64,000 nucleotides of DNA from a virus: the IMG/VR virus record IMGVR_UViG_3300046710_000150, positions 1-64,000 of that record. One strand, written 5' to 3'. Shown piece after piece: positions 23,752 to 31,978 of this stretch. A program made the translations under genes and the position numbers. The notes below the pieces were generated by a model, which saw nothing but the letters and a program-made list of their open reading frames with translations, ran no database searches and was not told the DNA's origin. Positions within the stretch are counted from its first letter, which is position 1; each line of letters begins with the position of its first letter.

Positions 23752-25092
23752 TCAGGCGACCTTCACCCGGATCTTGTTGTTCCACGGCAGCACCTTCACC
23801 GCGAGGCCGTTCATCATGAAGATGATGAACAGGTGGGTGAGCTGGCCCGAGATGCCGATGGGGATCTCGAGGACCGTGGGGCCCGGGCTGCCGAGGTAGG
23901 GCATCGTGATGCTGCCCTCGTCCAGCATGTACAAGTCGCGGCGCTTCGTCCCACCGCCGTCGGTGTACGAGGCGATGGAGTCGCCCGGAACGACCGCGAA
24001 GGGGATCTGACCGGCGTAGGTGTTGAACGCCTGCGCGGTCGCACCGACACCGATGTTGACGTAGTTCGGGGCGACCAGACGGACGTTGGGGTCCTGCTGC
24101 TCGTCGAACGTGATCTTCTCCTGCGGGTGGCCCCAGATGATCGAGGTCATGCCCTGCGACTGGGTGACCGGGAGAAGGCCGGAGTCCACGGCCCGCCGGA
24201 AGTTACCGGTGGTCGTGGGGTTGGTGGCGGGATCGAGATCCACGGCGTTGGCCGTGTTCAGGATGGAGCGAAGGCCGGTGAAGCCGTTCGCGTCGTAGAG
24301 GCCGCTCTCGTCGGCGGCGGTCCCGGTCGTGACCGTGGACTGCCCCTCGAAGATCGCCTTCTGCATCGTGTGGGCCATGGCACGAAGGCCACCCTGAAGC
24401 TCGATGGCCTCGGGGTTGTAGTTCATGCCACCAGCCATGACGGCGAACTGGCTCTTCAGCGAGATGCCGCGCCGGGTCGCGAGGATCGCCACGTTGGTCG
24501 ACTCGCGATGGAAGACGCTGTTGTCGTCGCTGACGGTGCCCAGCTCCGCCATGAACTTCGCACCACCGTACGAAGTGATCTGGTTCCATGCGTGCAGGAG
24601 GCCGTTGGCCGGTTCCTTCGCGATCCGGTCGTAGGCCGGGAAGGAGCGGATAAAGACCTCGTACAGCATCGGCTCGAGATCCTGCCGGATCAGTGCGCCG
24701 ACGGCTCCCGTGTCGAGGGCCTTGGCGATGTCCGGGTCGAGCTTGCTGCCGAGCTGGTTGAAGACGTTCTGGGCCGCGAAGCCCGCCGTGTTCAGCCAGA
24801 GACCGAGCGGGATGCCCGTGTTCTCCTTCGACGCCTGCTTGGTGATCAGGGTCGTGATCTCGGCGATGGACTTGGTGCGAAGGGTCGAGAAGAGGGTGTC
24901 CCTCTCATCGGGGGTGATGTAGCGACGGTTGGTCTCGGGAGCTGCGGCACTCTGCTGCTCCATCCCGACGGCCGGAGCCGGGGGAGTCGCAACATTGGGG
25001 GCCTCGTTCAGCTTGAGCAGAGTCGCGCCGATCTGCTCCTGCGTCTCGAGAACTCCCTTGAGAAGGGCCGCCAGCTCAGGTGAAAGCACCAT
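23752..25092 (-). CDS. major capsid protein (HK97-fold type)
   Basis: 446 aa, immediately after the protease-scaffold gene. N-terminal helical delta-like region. Length and composition are typical of HK97-family capsid proteins. Confidence 0.85.
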   Translation of the reverse strand: MVLSPELAALLKGVLETQEQIGATLLKLNEAPNVATPPAPAVGMEQQSAAAPETNRRYITPDERDTLFSTLRTKSIAEITTLITKQASKENTGIPLGLWLNTAGFAAQNVFNQLGSKLDPDIAKALDTGAVGALIRQDLEPMLYEVFIRSFPAYDRIAKEPANGLLHAWNQITSYGGAKFMAELGTVSDDNSVFHRESTNVAILATRRGISLKSQFAVMAGGMNYNPEAIELQGGLRAMAHTMQKAIFEGQSTVTTGTAADESGLYDANGFTGLRSILNTANAVDLDPATNPTTTGNFRRAVDSGLLPVTQSQGMTSIIWGHPQEKITFDEQQDPNVRLVAPNYVNIGVGATAQAFNTYAGQIPFAVVPGDSIASYTDGGGTKRRDLYMLDEGSITMPYLGSPGPTVLEIPIGISGQLTHLFIIFMMNGLAVKVLPWNNKIRVKVA

Positions 25093-25097
25093 GCTGG

Positions 25098-26669
25098 TTA
25101 CGTACCTTTCTTCAGGAGGGTGAGGAACTCCTCGCTGTAGACCGACTTGAGGCTGGCGAACGTGTCGCTCGACTCGCGGAAGACAGCGCGGCGACCCACA
25201 GGGGTCTTGGACAGGCCCTTCAGGATCACGTCCATGTTCTTGAGGACCATCTCGGTCGCCTCCATGGCCTGATCCCTCTCGGCGGTGACGTCGACGAGCG
25301 CCGCCTTGGTGGTGATCAGCTCGCTGGTGATCGCCTTCAGGAGGTCACTCGAGGTACGAAGCGAGGCGATGACGGTGGGCTCCAGTGCATGGAGCGCCGC
25401 GTCGACCTCTGCCACCTCGGGCTGCCCGGTGAGGTCACTTGCGGTGACCCCTTCCTCGTTCTCAGGGACGCTCTCGGGAGCTTCCTGCGAGGCCGTGACG
25501 ACACCATCGCCGTCAACGGGTTCGATGTAGGGGACGGCATACGCCGCCAGATGCTCGACCAGCTCATCACCGGTCATGGTGATGTCGGGCTCGGCACCCT
25601 TGGTGGACTCGTCATGCGGGTGTTCGTTGTTCCCGTAGGAGTCCATGTGGCTGTGGTCGTGCTCGCTGCCCTGCTTGTCGTCCACGTGCTCATGGGCGTC
25701 GTCGTGGGCATGCGAGTGGGTGTGGGCGTGCTCGTGGGAATGGGAGATCCCGTTCCAGTGGTCGTGAGCGTGGTCGTGCTCGTGGGCGTGGGGATGCTGG
25801 TGGTCGGCAGGCTTCTTGGCCGCCGTGAGATCCGGCTCGACGCCCTTCTCGGTGGACTCCCGCACGGGGACGTCCTTGCCCTCGCTGGCGGGGTTGCCAT
25901 CGTCCTGACCGGTCAGCTCATGCTGCTCGATGGGCTCGCCCACCACCAGCTCGCCGGGGATCGGCTCGGGCGTCCGCAGGCGGTCGCTCTTCTCCTCGTC
26001 CGTCTCGCCCTTCGCAATGGCCGCGTCGATGGCATCGACGTGATCGCGAACCACGAGCACGCCGTTCTCGAGGGAGGTGTCCGTGCCGTTCGTGATCCCG
26101 TTCAGGCTCTTCACCGCGTACTCGACCCACGAGCGCGGGTTCGCCGGGACGCCCACGAGGGAGGTCTCCATCAGGTTGACGTGCTCGATGACGAAGGCAC
26201 CCGTCTTCTTGTCGCGGTGCGCTCCGCCCTCGGGGATCTGGGCCCCGATGGAGAGACCGAGCTGCGTTCCCTTCTGGATCGCCTGCCATGCGTTGACCGC
26301 ACGCGGGTTCGCCTCGTTGACCACGATGTCGAGGACCAGATCCTTGATCGCCGGATCCGTGGGATGGGAGCGGATGCTGGCCCGCTCGACCGATCCCGCC
26401 ACGTCTTCGGGGACCTTGTACTCGTGGTTGAGGAAGATCGTCATGTTGTTGCTGGCCGACGTCTCCATGTCGCCCAATGCGGACGCGGTGATCACGTGCC
26501 CCTGCCGGTCGAGGACCGTAGAGGAGGCAATGCCGTGGAGCCGCATCTTCCCGTCGGAGTCGAGGCTCGCCTTGAGCATCGGCGCGAAGATCTTGAAGAG
26601 CGTGTCGGGGACGATCCGCGAGGATCCCTCGATACCGGGCCACGGGCCCATGTTCTTGGGGAGTGTCAT
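25098..26669 (-). CDS. prohead serine protease fused to scaffold-like C-terminal region
   Basis: The N-terminal ~200 aa (LHGIASSTVLDRQGHVI...FLNHEYKVPEDVAGSV...SIGAQIPEG) is like HK97-family S78 proteases. The C-terminal part is helical and acidic. Confidence 0.8.
   Translation of the reverse strand: MTLPKNMGPWPGIEGSSRIVPDTLFKIFAPMLKASLDSDGKMRLHGIASSTVLDRQGHVITASALGDMETSASNNMTIFLNHEYKVPEDVAGSVERASIRSHPTDPAIKDLVLDIVVNEANPRAVNAWQAIQKGTQLGLSIGAQIPEGGAHRDKKTGAFVIEHVNLMETSLVGVPANPRSWVEYAVKSLNGITNGTDTSLENGVLVVRDHVDAIDAAIAKGETDEEKSDRLRTPEPIPGELVVGEPIEQHELTGQDDGNPASEGKDVPVRESTEKGVEPDLTAAKKPADHQHPHAHEHDHAHDHWNGISHSHEHAHTHSHAHDDAHEHVDDKQGSEHDHSHMDSYGNNEHPHDESTKGAEPDITMTGDELVEHLAAYAVPYIEPVDGDGVVTASQEAPESVPENEEGVTASDLTGQPEVAEVDAALHALEPTVIASLRTSSDLLKAITSELITTKAALVDVTAERDQAMEATEMVLKNMDVILKGLSKTPVGRRAVFRESSDTFASLKSVYSEEFLTLLKKGT
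25614..25805 (-). other. histidine-rich segment (about 26 His in 64 aa) inside protease-scaffold protein
   Basis: aa 289-352: DHQHPHAHEHDHAHDHWNGISHSHEHAHTHSHAHDDAHEHVDDKQGSEHDHSHMDSYGNNEHPHDE. Confidence 0.9.
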
Positions 26670-27925
26670 GAGATCGCCTCCGGCGCTTCAGTACTCGCGG
26701 GAGGCTGGTTCACCAGCGCCGTGAGGTACTCGTCGAACTTCTGGGCTGCAAAGTCCCAGCTAAAGGTCTTGGCGTGGGCCGCCCCGGCCGCCCCGAGATC
26801 TCGCCTCAACCCCTTGGAGTGGTAGAGACGCTCGATGGCGTTGGTGAATGCCGGTGCATCCGGTAGCCAGTTGTCCTCGCCCGCAGGAGTCGTAATCAGA
26901 TCCTTGGGCTCGAGGAGGATCCCGCCGGGTCCGACCACCTCAGGGATGGCGGACACGTTCTGGGCCACGATGGGGATGCCGCATGCTGCGGCTTCGAGGA
27001 GGGTCAGGCCGAAGCCCTCGCCCCTTGAGGTTGAAACGAAGCAGTCGAAAGCCGAGTACAGGACGTTGAGGTCCGCGAGCGGCCAGCCCTCGTAGCTCGA
27101 GTGCAGGCCCGGGAAATGGAAGCGCATCGGGTCAACCGTCGCGCTCTCCCGGGAGAGCATTGCCTGAAACCTGATCCCGACGCCGCTTCCCTCGTCCTCG
27201 CACTGGAAGTGGCAGTCGATGTCGGTGTACTTCTTCATCAGCGGCCAGAGCGCCTTCACCAGAGCCGGGTAGTCCTTACGGCCAGAGTTGGTGTCGACCC
27301 TTCCGACGAGGAAGTGGTCAGGGTCGAAGTTGAAGGCCCGCTTGCAGTCAGCCTTGGTCTTGCAGACGATCCCATTCGAGGTGACCTTCGGCCTCTCTTC
27401 GATGGGCCAGAAGACCTCCGGGTCCACCCCGTGGTAGACGAGCTTGCTGCCCTCGTACGCCTGCTGGCCGTGCTTGCTCATCGCCACGACGTTGGTGACC
27501 TTGGGCACGATGGTCGTCCAGCGCGGAGGAAGGTTGATCCCGTCGTCGGGGATGTACGAGAGGATCGGCCGGTACTGCAGCAGGACGTTCTGGGGGTCGT
27601 ACTGGTTCTTGAACAGCAGGGTGAGGATGACCGCCGGGTCGAAGAGCATCACCACGGCGTCCGGTTCGAGCTTCCCCAGCATCTCGAGGATGCGAGACTG
27701 ACCGTAGAGATCCGATCCAACGATGGTGTCGGGCCGGAACAGACGAAGCGGTGTCGGGTGGTCGTGACCCGGTCGCTCGCAGGACCATGAGTCTCCTCGG
27801 TGGTTGACGGCCAGCACGCTGATCTGGTGCCCGTAGTCCTCCACGAGCCTCTCGCCAATGGCGTGGGTCACGCGGGCGAACCCCGTCGTGCAGCCCGCGT
27901 CGGACAACCACAATATCCTGCTCAT
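26666..27925 (-). CDS. glycosyltransferase, GT-B fold (GT4-like)
   Basis: 419 aa. EGFGLTLLEAAACGIPIVAQNVSAIPEVV matches the GT4 E-x7-E nucleotide-sugar binding region. Confidence 0.8.
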   Translation of the reverse strand: MSRILWLSDAGCTTGFARVTHAIGERLVEDYGHQISVLAVNHRGDSWSCERPGHDHPTPLRLFRPDTIVGSDLYGQSRILEMLGKLEPDAVVMLFDPAVILTLLFKNQYDPQNVLLQYRPILSYIPDDGINLPPRWTTIVPKVTNVVAMSKHGQQAYEGSKLVYHGVDPEVFWPIEERPKVTSNGIVCKTKADCKRAFNFDPDHFLVGRVDTNSGRKDYPALVKALWPLMKKYTDIDCHFQCEDEGSGVGIRFQAMLSRESATVDPMRFHFPGLHSSYEGWPLADLNVLYSAFDCFVSTSRGEGFGLTLLEAAACGIPIVAQNVSAIPEVVGPGGILLEPKDLITTPAGEDNWLPDAPAFTNAIERLYHSKGLRRDLGAAGAAHAKTFSWDFAAQKFDEYLTALVNQPPASTEAPEAIS

Positions 27926-27954
27926 GACAGAGCCCCGGTGTTATACTGCCCTGC

Positions 27955-28713
27955 ATGGAATGCGCGATCAGGGACTGTTCCACCGAAGCCGTGTGCCGTG
28001 GCTGGTGCCAGAAGCACTACACCCGCTGGAAGCGGACTGGTGATCCAGAGAAGCTGCTGCGTGTCTATCGGGAGCCTCCTCGTCCGCCGTCGATCCCGAA
28101 GCGCGAACGCTGGGAAACGAAGGTCGATAAGAGCGGTGACTGCTGGTTGTGGAAAGGAGCAACCAACAGGTTTGGATACGGCCAGTTGAGGACCGGGCAT
28201 AAGGGGCTGATCGAGTTCGCCCACCGCTTGGGGTGGGAGTTCTACCGGGGACCGATCCCTGCGGGGATGCAAGTCCTCCACCGTTGCGACAATCCGCCCT
28301 GCGTGAACCCCGACCACCTCTGGCTGGGGACTCCCAAGGAAAACGCCCTCGACCGGCAGGCCAAAGGGCGTCAGAACAGGCGATCAGGTGATCTCAGGAA
28401 GACCGTCCCCACTCGCGAGAACGGACGATGGAGGGGTGGCAGACCAGCCACAGAACCTTCACTTCACCTCCACGCCCGAGGGCTCATGGGTAACAGGGGA
28501 CGCTGGGGGTCGCGGCAAGAGCTAAGTCGATGCCGCAAAGCCACGAAACTCGTTCACTCAGCCGGATCTATTTCTAGAGCTGGTCCAGTGGACAACGCTC
28601 TCGCTACCCCAGCGCCCTCATATGGTGGAAGGCACCAGAGCGCGAAACGCTCCATGGTGCCCACGGTGCCCCAGTGGATGGCTGCAATAGCCAGTCCACT
28701 TGCATTCCTGTAG
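27955..28713 (+). CDS. HNH endonuclease (HNH_3-like); 3' end uncertain
   Basis: Only plus-strand gene in the late block. DKSGDCWLWKGATNRFGYGQL...AHRLGWEFYRGPIPAGMQVLHRCDNPPCVNPDHLWLGTPKEN. Sequence after about aa 140 is low quality and overlaps the LuxR gene. Confidence 0.75.
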   Translation: MECAIRDCSTEAVCRGWCQKHYTRWKRTGDPEKLLRVYREPPRPPSIPKRERWETKVDKSGDCWLWKGATNRFGYGQLRTGHKGLIEFAHRLGWEFYRGPIPAGMQVLHRCDNPPCVNPDHLWLGTPKENALDRQAKGRQNRRSGDLRKTVPTRENGRWRGGRPATEPSLHLHARGLMGNRGRWGSRQELSRCRKATKLVHSAGSISRAGPVDNALATPAPSYGGRHQSAKRSMVPTVPQWMAAIASPLAFL

Positions 28714-28935
28714 GTGCTCTTCGCCGGGAATGCGGACCCAGCCCAGCTTCTGGGCTGCATCCATGGCACAGCAAACGTCCAGCCTGCCGTACAGCTCGGA
28801 CATCTGGTTCTTGACGGTCGAGTTGGCAACGCCCAGCTTGCTGGCAGCCGCCTTGAGAGACCCCTCGCGAACGTAGGCAGCGAAGACCCGAAGCATCCCC
28901 TCCGTCGGAGGAAGGTCAGGGCGGGGCTCGTTCAC
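28618..28935 (-). CDS. LuxR/GerE-type HTH regulator
   Basis: GSLKAAASKLGVANSTVKNQMSELYGRLDVCCAMDAAQKLGW matches the LuxR C-terminal HTH pattern. Confidence 0.6.
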   Translation of the reverse strand: MNEPRPDLPPTEGMLRVFAAYVREGSLKAAASKLGVANSTVKNQMSELYGRLDVCCAMDAAQKLGWVRIPGEEHLQECKWTGYCSHPLGHRGHHGAFRALVPSTI

Positions 28936-29256
28936 CTACTGGCGGCGGACGGTCACCGTCACCTCTGGCACGGTCGTCTGGATGCGACCGCCCAGATGAG
29001 TGATCTCCCACTGGACTACGTACGTACCCGGTACGGAGAGGTCGTTCGCTCCCCACGAGTAGCTGACCTTGCCGTTGGGCCCGTCAATGACAGACCCGGC
29101 CGCGTTCACCGTGTACCGGTTGTCATTCAGGCGGCGCATCTGGAACCGCACCCCAAGGACCGTCGAGAGGTCGATGATCGAGAGGGGGTTGTCCTCCTCG
29201 TGGATGACGGCGGTGATATCTGGGGCGGTGTCACCTTGGACGAAGGTCAGGGACAT
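28936..29256 (-). CDS. Ig-like structural protein (BppU-N-like)
   Basis: 106 aa. MSLTFVQGDTAPDITAVI...VRFQMRR...GKVSYSWGANDLSVPGTYVVQWEI is typical of small siphophage Ig-fold tail components. Confidence 0.5.
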   Translation of the reverse strand: MSLTFVQGDTAPDITAVIHEEDNPLSIIDLSTVLGVRFQMRRLNDNRYTVNAAGSVIDGPNGKVSYSWGANDLSVPGTYVVQWEITHLGGRIQTTVPEVTVTVRRQ

Positions 29257-29258
29257 GG

Positions 29259-29354
29259 CTATCCGATCTTGATGGGATGGCCCAGCAGGATGAAGAGCAC
29301 GAGGATCAGGATGGCCGCGATGACCAGCCAGAGCCAGTTCGGGACGTTGTTCAC
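29259..29354 (-). CDS. 31-aa transmembrane peptide
   Basis: GTG at 29354 overlaps the upstream stop (GTGA). VNNVPNWLWLVIAAILILVLFILLGHPIKIG, with high GC3. Confidence 0.5.
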   Translation of the reverse strand: MNNVPNWLWLVIAAILILVLFILLGHPIKIG

Positions 29355-30499
29355 GGTCGCACCTCGATGATGGCGTTGAGACTGAAGACTCCGGCGATCC
29401 ATGCCCCCACGACGAACGGCGAACGCCGCGTGAGGAGCCACGTGAACTCGATGGTCGCCGCGCTCAGGGTAGAGGCGGTGGTGACTGCCGAGAAAGTTGC
29501 CTCGAGGGTGGCAGCGGAGGCTGTGGCTGCGATGGTGGCGGCTGAGAACGTCGCCTCGGCGTGCTTGGTGATGCGGAGGCTGATCGAGGCATCGGCAGGG
29601 AACGTCCCGTAGAACGTCCGCAGGAATGTCGAGTCGAGGGTGAAATCGCCGTACTGCGGAGAGAGCTTCGCAGCGACGATGAAGTAGTGGGCGACCTCTG
29701 TCCTCAGGCGGATCGCGTCGACGACGAACGATCCCGCCTCGTGAGCGAGGACGATCCCGTCAGCTCCGAAGCTCCCCGTGAGGGTGGTGCGGAGGATGGC
29801 GGATGCGCTGAAAGACCCAAACCGATGCCAGAGATCCTTCTCGGCATCGACAGGGAAGAAAGAGTGCTGGGGGGACAGGAAGACGGCGCTGGTGGCAAAC
29901 CCGCCCATTCGGGTGGCTTGGACGGTCGCTGCGACCCCAAAGCCTGCCTGATACGTCGTCTTCTTCGTGGACTCGACGGGGAACTGACCACTTCGAGTTC
30001 CCCGCAGAACCGAGTCCACCAAGATGGTAGCAGACGCTGATCCACTGACAACGGCGTTCGCGTGGAATGTTCCAGTGATGGTGCCGAGGACCCACGCACC
30101 AACCGTGAAGGACGACGAGGACCCGCTCTGGACCACGGCGTCAAACGTGACGTGGCCCTTGGCGATGTCGCCGATGAAGCAATCGACGGAGAAGGACCCC
30201 GTCGGAGTGCCCGCGATGCTGGCACTGACGGTGAAGTACGGGACGAGGTAGGCGTCGAGGGAGAGGAAGGCTGGGACCGCCGCGACAACGACGGCGTCAA
30301 CACTAGCCGCGCTCGTCTGTCCCCCGAGGATCGCTGCCGCCACAGGAAGCCCGCTGACGGCCGTCCTGACCAGAGTGGCAGAGATGGTCAGGGATCCGCT
30401 GCTCGTTGCCCTGAGGGCTGCGGCGACGGTGTAGGACCCCGTCTGGCTGGCTTCGACTCCCCAGAGGACGTCGAAGACGCCGGGGTCGAAGGTGCTCAC
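29351..30499 (-). CDS. beta-repeat protein (paralog of 5352..9575 repeats)
   Basis: 382 aa. N-terminal STFDPGVFD, as in the 1407-aa protein (SFDPTVFD). GSF(T/S/G)(V/A)(D/A)A-type repeats throughout. Confidence 0.8.
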   Translation of the reverse strand: MSTFDPGVFDVLWGVEASQTGSYTVAAALRATSSGSLTISATLVRTAVSGLPVAAAILGGQTSAASVDAVVVAAVPAFLSLDAYLVPYFTVSASIAGTPTGSFSVDCFIGDIAKGHVTFDAVVQSGSSSSFTVGAWVLGTITGTFHANAVVSGSASATILVDSVLRGTRSGQFPVESTKKTTYQAGFGVAATVQATRMGGFATSAVFLSPQHSFFPVDAEKDLWHRFGSFSASAILRTTLTGSFGADGIVLAHEAGSFVVDAIRLRTEVAHYFIVAAKLSPQYGDFTLDSTFLRTFYGTFPADASISLRITKHAEATFSAATIAATASAATLEATFSAVTTASTLSAATIEFTWLLTRRSPFVVGAWIAGVFSLNAIIEVRP

Positions 30500-31866
30500 T
30501 CGAACACCCCCGGAAGGCTGAAGGAGCGCCGCATGATGACGGCGTCCAGCGTCAGGGCTCCAACGTCATGACGGGCCACGATGGCCGCAACCGTGAACGT
30601 CACGTGATCGTCCGCGAGGATCGCAGCAGACAGCGTGAACGAGCCCGTGGAGGGGGCGAAGATGCGAGCGTCAATGCGGAACGAGAAGAGCTTCAGGAAG
30701 GCATCGACCCCGAAGGATCCGCTGCCGCCGCGTGTGATGATGGCGTCGGTCGTCAGGCTAGGCTGACTTGTTCGCCGAACGACGGCGTCAAGGGTTCGTC
30801 CCGACGTCGTTTCACGCCTGACGACCGCACCCACCGTGAACGAGCCCGCGACCGGGTTGCGGACCATCGCCCCCACCGTGAACGAGGACTCCACGTGGCG
30901 GGCGATCTGGGCCCCCAGCGCGAAGGATCCGGTGGTGGTCTTCCCGATGATGGCCTTCGTCACGAACGCTCCGAGACCCCAGATGAAAAGCATCGCGTCG
31001 ATGCTGGTCGAGGTGGAACGCGGGAGGCGGATGACGGCGTCGACGTTGGCGGCCCTCACCACGGTGCCAGACGCCCTGAGGCGAGCAGCGATCTTGAAGG
31101 AGCCGGTGCGGCGCAGGACGAGAGCAGCGTCCAGCGTCATGCCCGGGCCCACGCCGGGGGTCTGCAGCGAGAAGTAGATCGAGTCCGAGTAGATGGTCGC
31201 GTTGCCCTTGGTGGGGAGGACCGTCAGGACGTAGCGGCCGGAGCGAGCAGCCTCCCTGTACCAGCCGTCGAACTCCCACTCGTGACCGGTCTTGTTGTTG
31301 CCAGCGTCCGTGCCGTCGCTCTGGGGGTCGGTGAACCAGAGAGAGAGTCCGCTGACACCGTCACGGCGGAGGCGGACGATCTCCTTCTTGTCGACGTTCC
31401 ACTGGAAGTGGCTCTGCCAGACATCCCAGATGATCGTGACGGCGGCACCCGCAACCACGGGGATTGTGAGATTGCAGCCGGGAATGATCGTCTCGACGGC
31501 GTTCTTCGTGTGGCCGTCGTAGATCTTGATCGCGGATCCTGAGTAGGCGTAGGTGACGTCCCTCGTCCCGCGAACCATCGTGGCCTTGATGACGGCATTG
31601 ATCGTCTTCGACGAGGTCTGGGTCTTCCGCAGGATGGCGTCTGCATGGGTGTGCCCGACGATGGGCTGCTTGATCAGCACCTCGACCGCAACCTGACTGG
31701 CGCGGGCGTACTCGTCGGTCGGGGAGATCAGGACTTCGAGGGGGAGCTGCGAGACTCGAGCGGACCCATCCGTCGGCGAGATGAGAACCTCGAGGGGGGC
31801 CTGCGAGACGCGGGCGTACTGCAGCCCATCCGTGATGACGGCGTCGAGCTTGAAGGTCGCCATCAC
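30496..31866 (-). CDS. beta-repeat protein with triple ARVSQxxxEVLISPTD motif
   Basis: 456 aa. YARVSQAPLEVLISPTDGSARVSQLPLEVLISPTDEYARASQVAVEVLI, then a central unique domain, then GSFTVGA/TLDAV repeats. Start is GTG 31866 or ATG 31863. Confidence 0.8.
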   Translation of the reverse strand: MMATFKLDAVITDGLQYARVSQAPLEVLISPTDGSARVSQLPLEVLISPTDEYARASQVAVEVLIKQPIVGHTHADAILRKTQTSSKTINAVIKATMVRGTRDVTYAYSGSAIKIYDGHTKNAVETIIPGCNLTIPVVAGAAVTIIWDVWQSHFQWNVDKKEIVRLRRDGVSGLSLWFTDPQSDGTDAGNNKTGHEWEFDGWYREAARSGRYVLTVLPTKGNATIYSDSIYFSLQTPGVGPGMTLDAALVLRRTGSFKIAARLRASGTVVRAANVDAVIRLPRSTSTSIDAMLFIWGLGAFVTKAIIGKTTTGSFALGAQIARHVESSFTVGAMVRNPVAGSFTVGAVVRRETTSGRTLDAVVRRTSQPSLTTDAIITRGGSGSFGVDAFLKLFSFRIDARIFAPSTGSFTLSAAILADDHVTFTVAAIVARHDVGALTLDAVIMRRSFSLPGVFE

Positions 31867-31875
31867 ACAGCAAAG

Positions 31876-31895
31876 CCCCGGCCCTGCGGCCGAGG
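31876..31895 (-). terminator. hairpin plus T-rich tract just upstream of the 30496..31866 start
   Basis: Minus-strand read CCTCGGCCgcagGGCCGGGG (8 bp with one G-U pair) followed by CTTTGCTGTGTG and the start codon. Same architecture as 9591-9617. Confidence 0.45.
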
Positions 31896-31927
31896 CTCAT
31901 CCTTGTTCGCGATGTTCAGGAAGTCGG

Positions 31928-31968
31928 CCATGGGATTGGCCCTTCGTGTTGTTGCCCCATGGGATTGG
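31928..31968. repeat. two copies of 12-mer CCATGGGATTGG (31928-31939, 31957-31968)
   Basis: Exact copies of the 12-mer also present twice at 9631-9666. Confidence 0.8.
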
Positions 31969-31978
31969 AGCTATCGGT

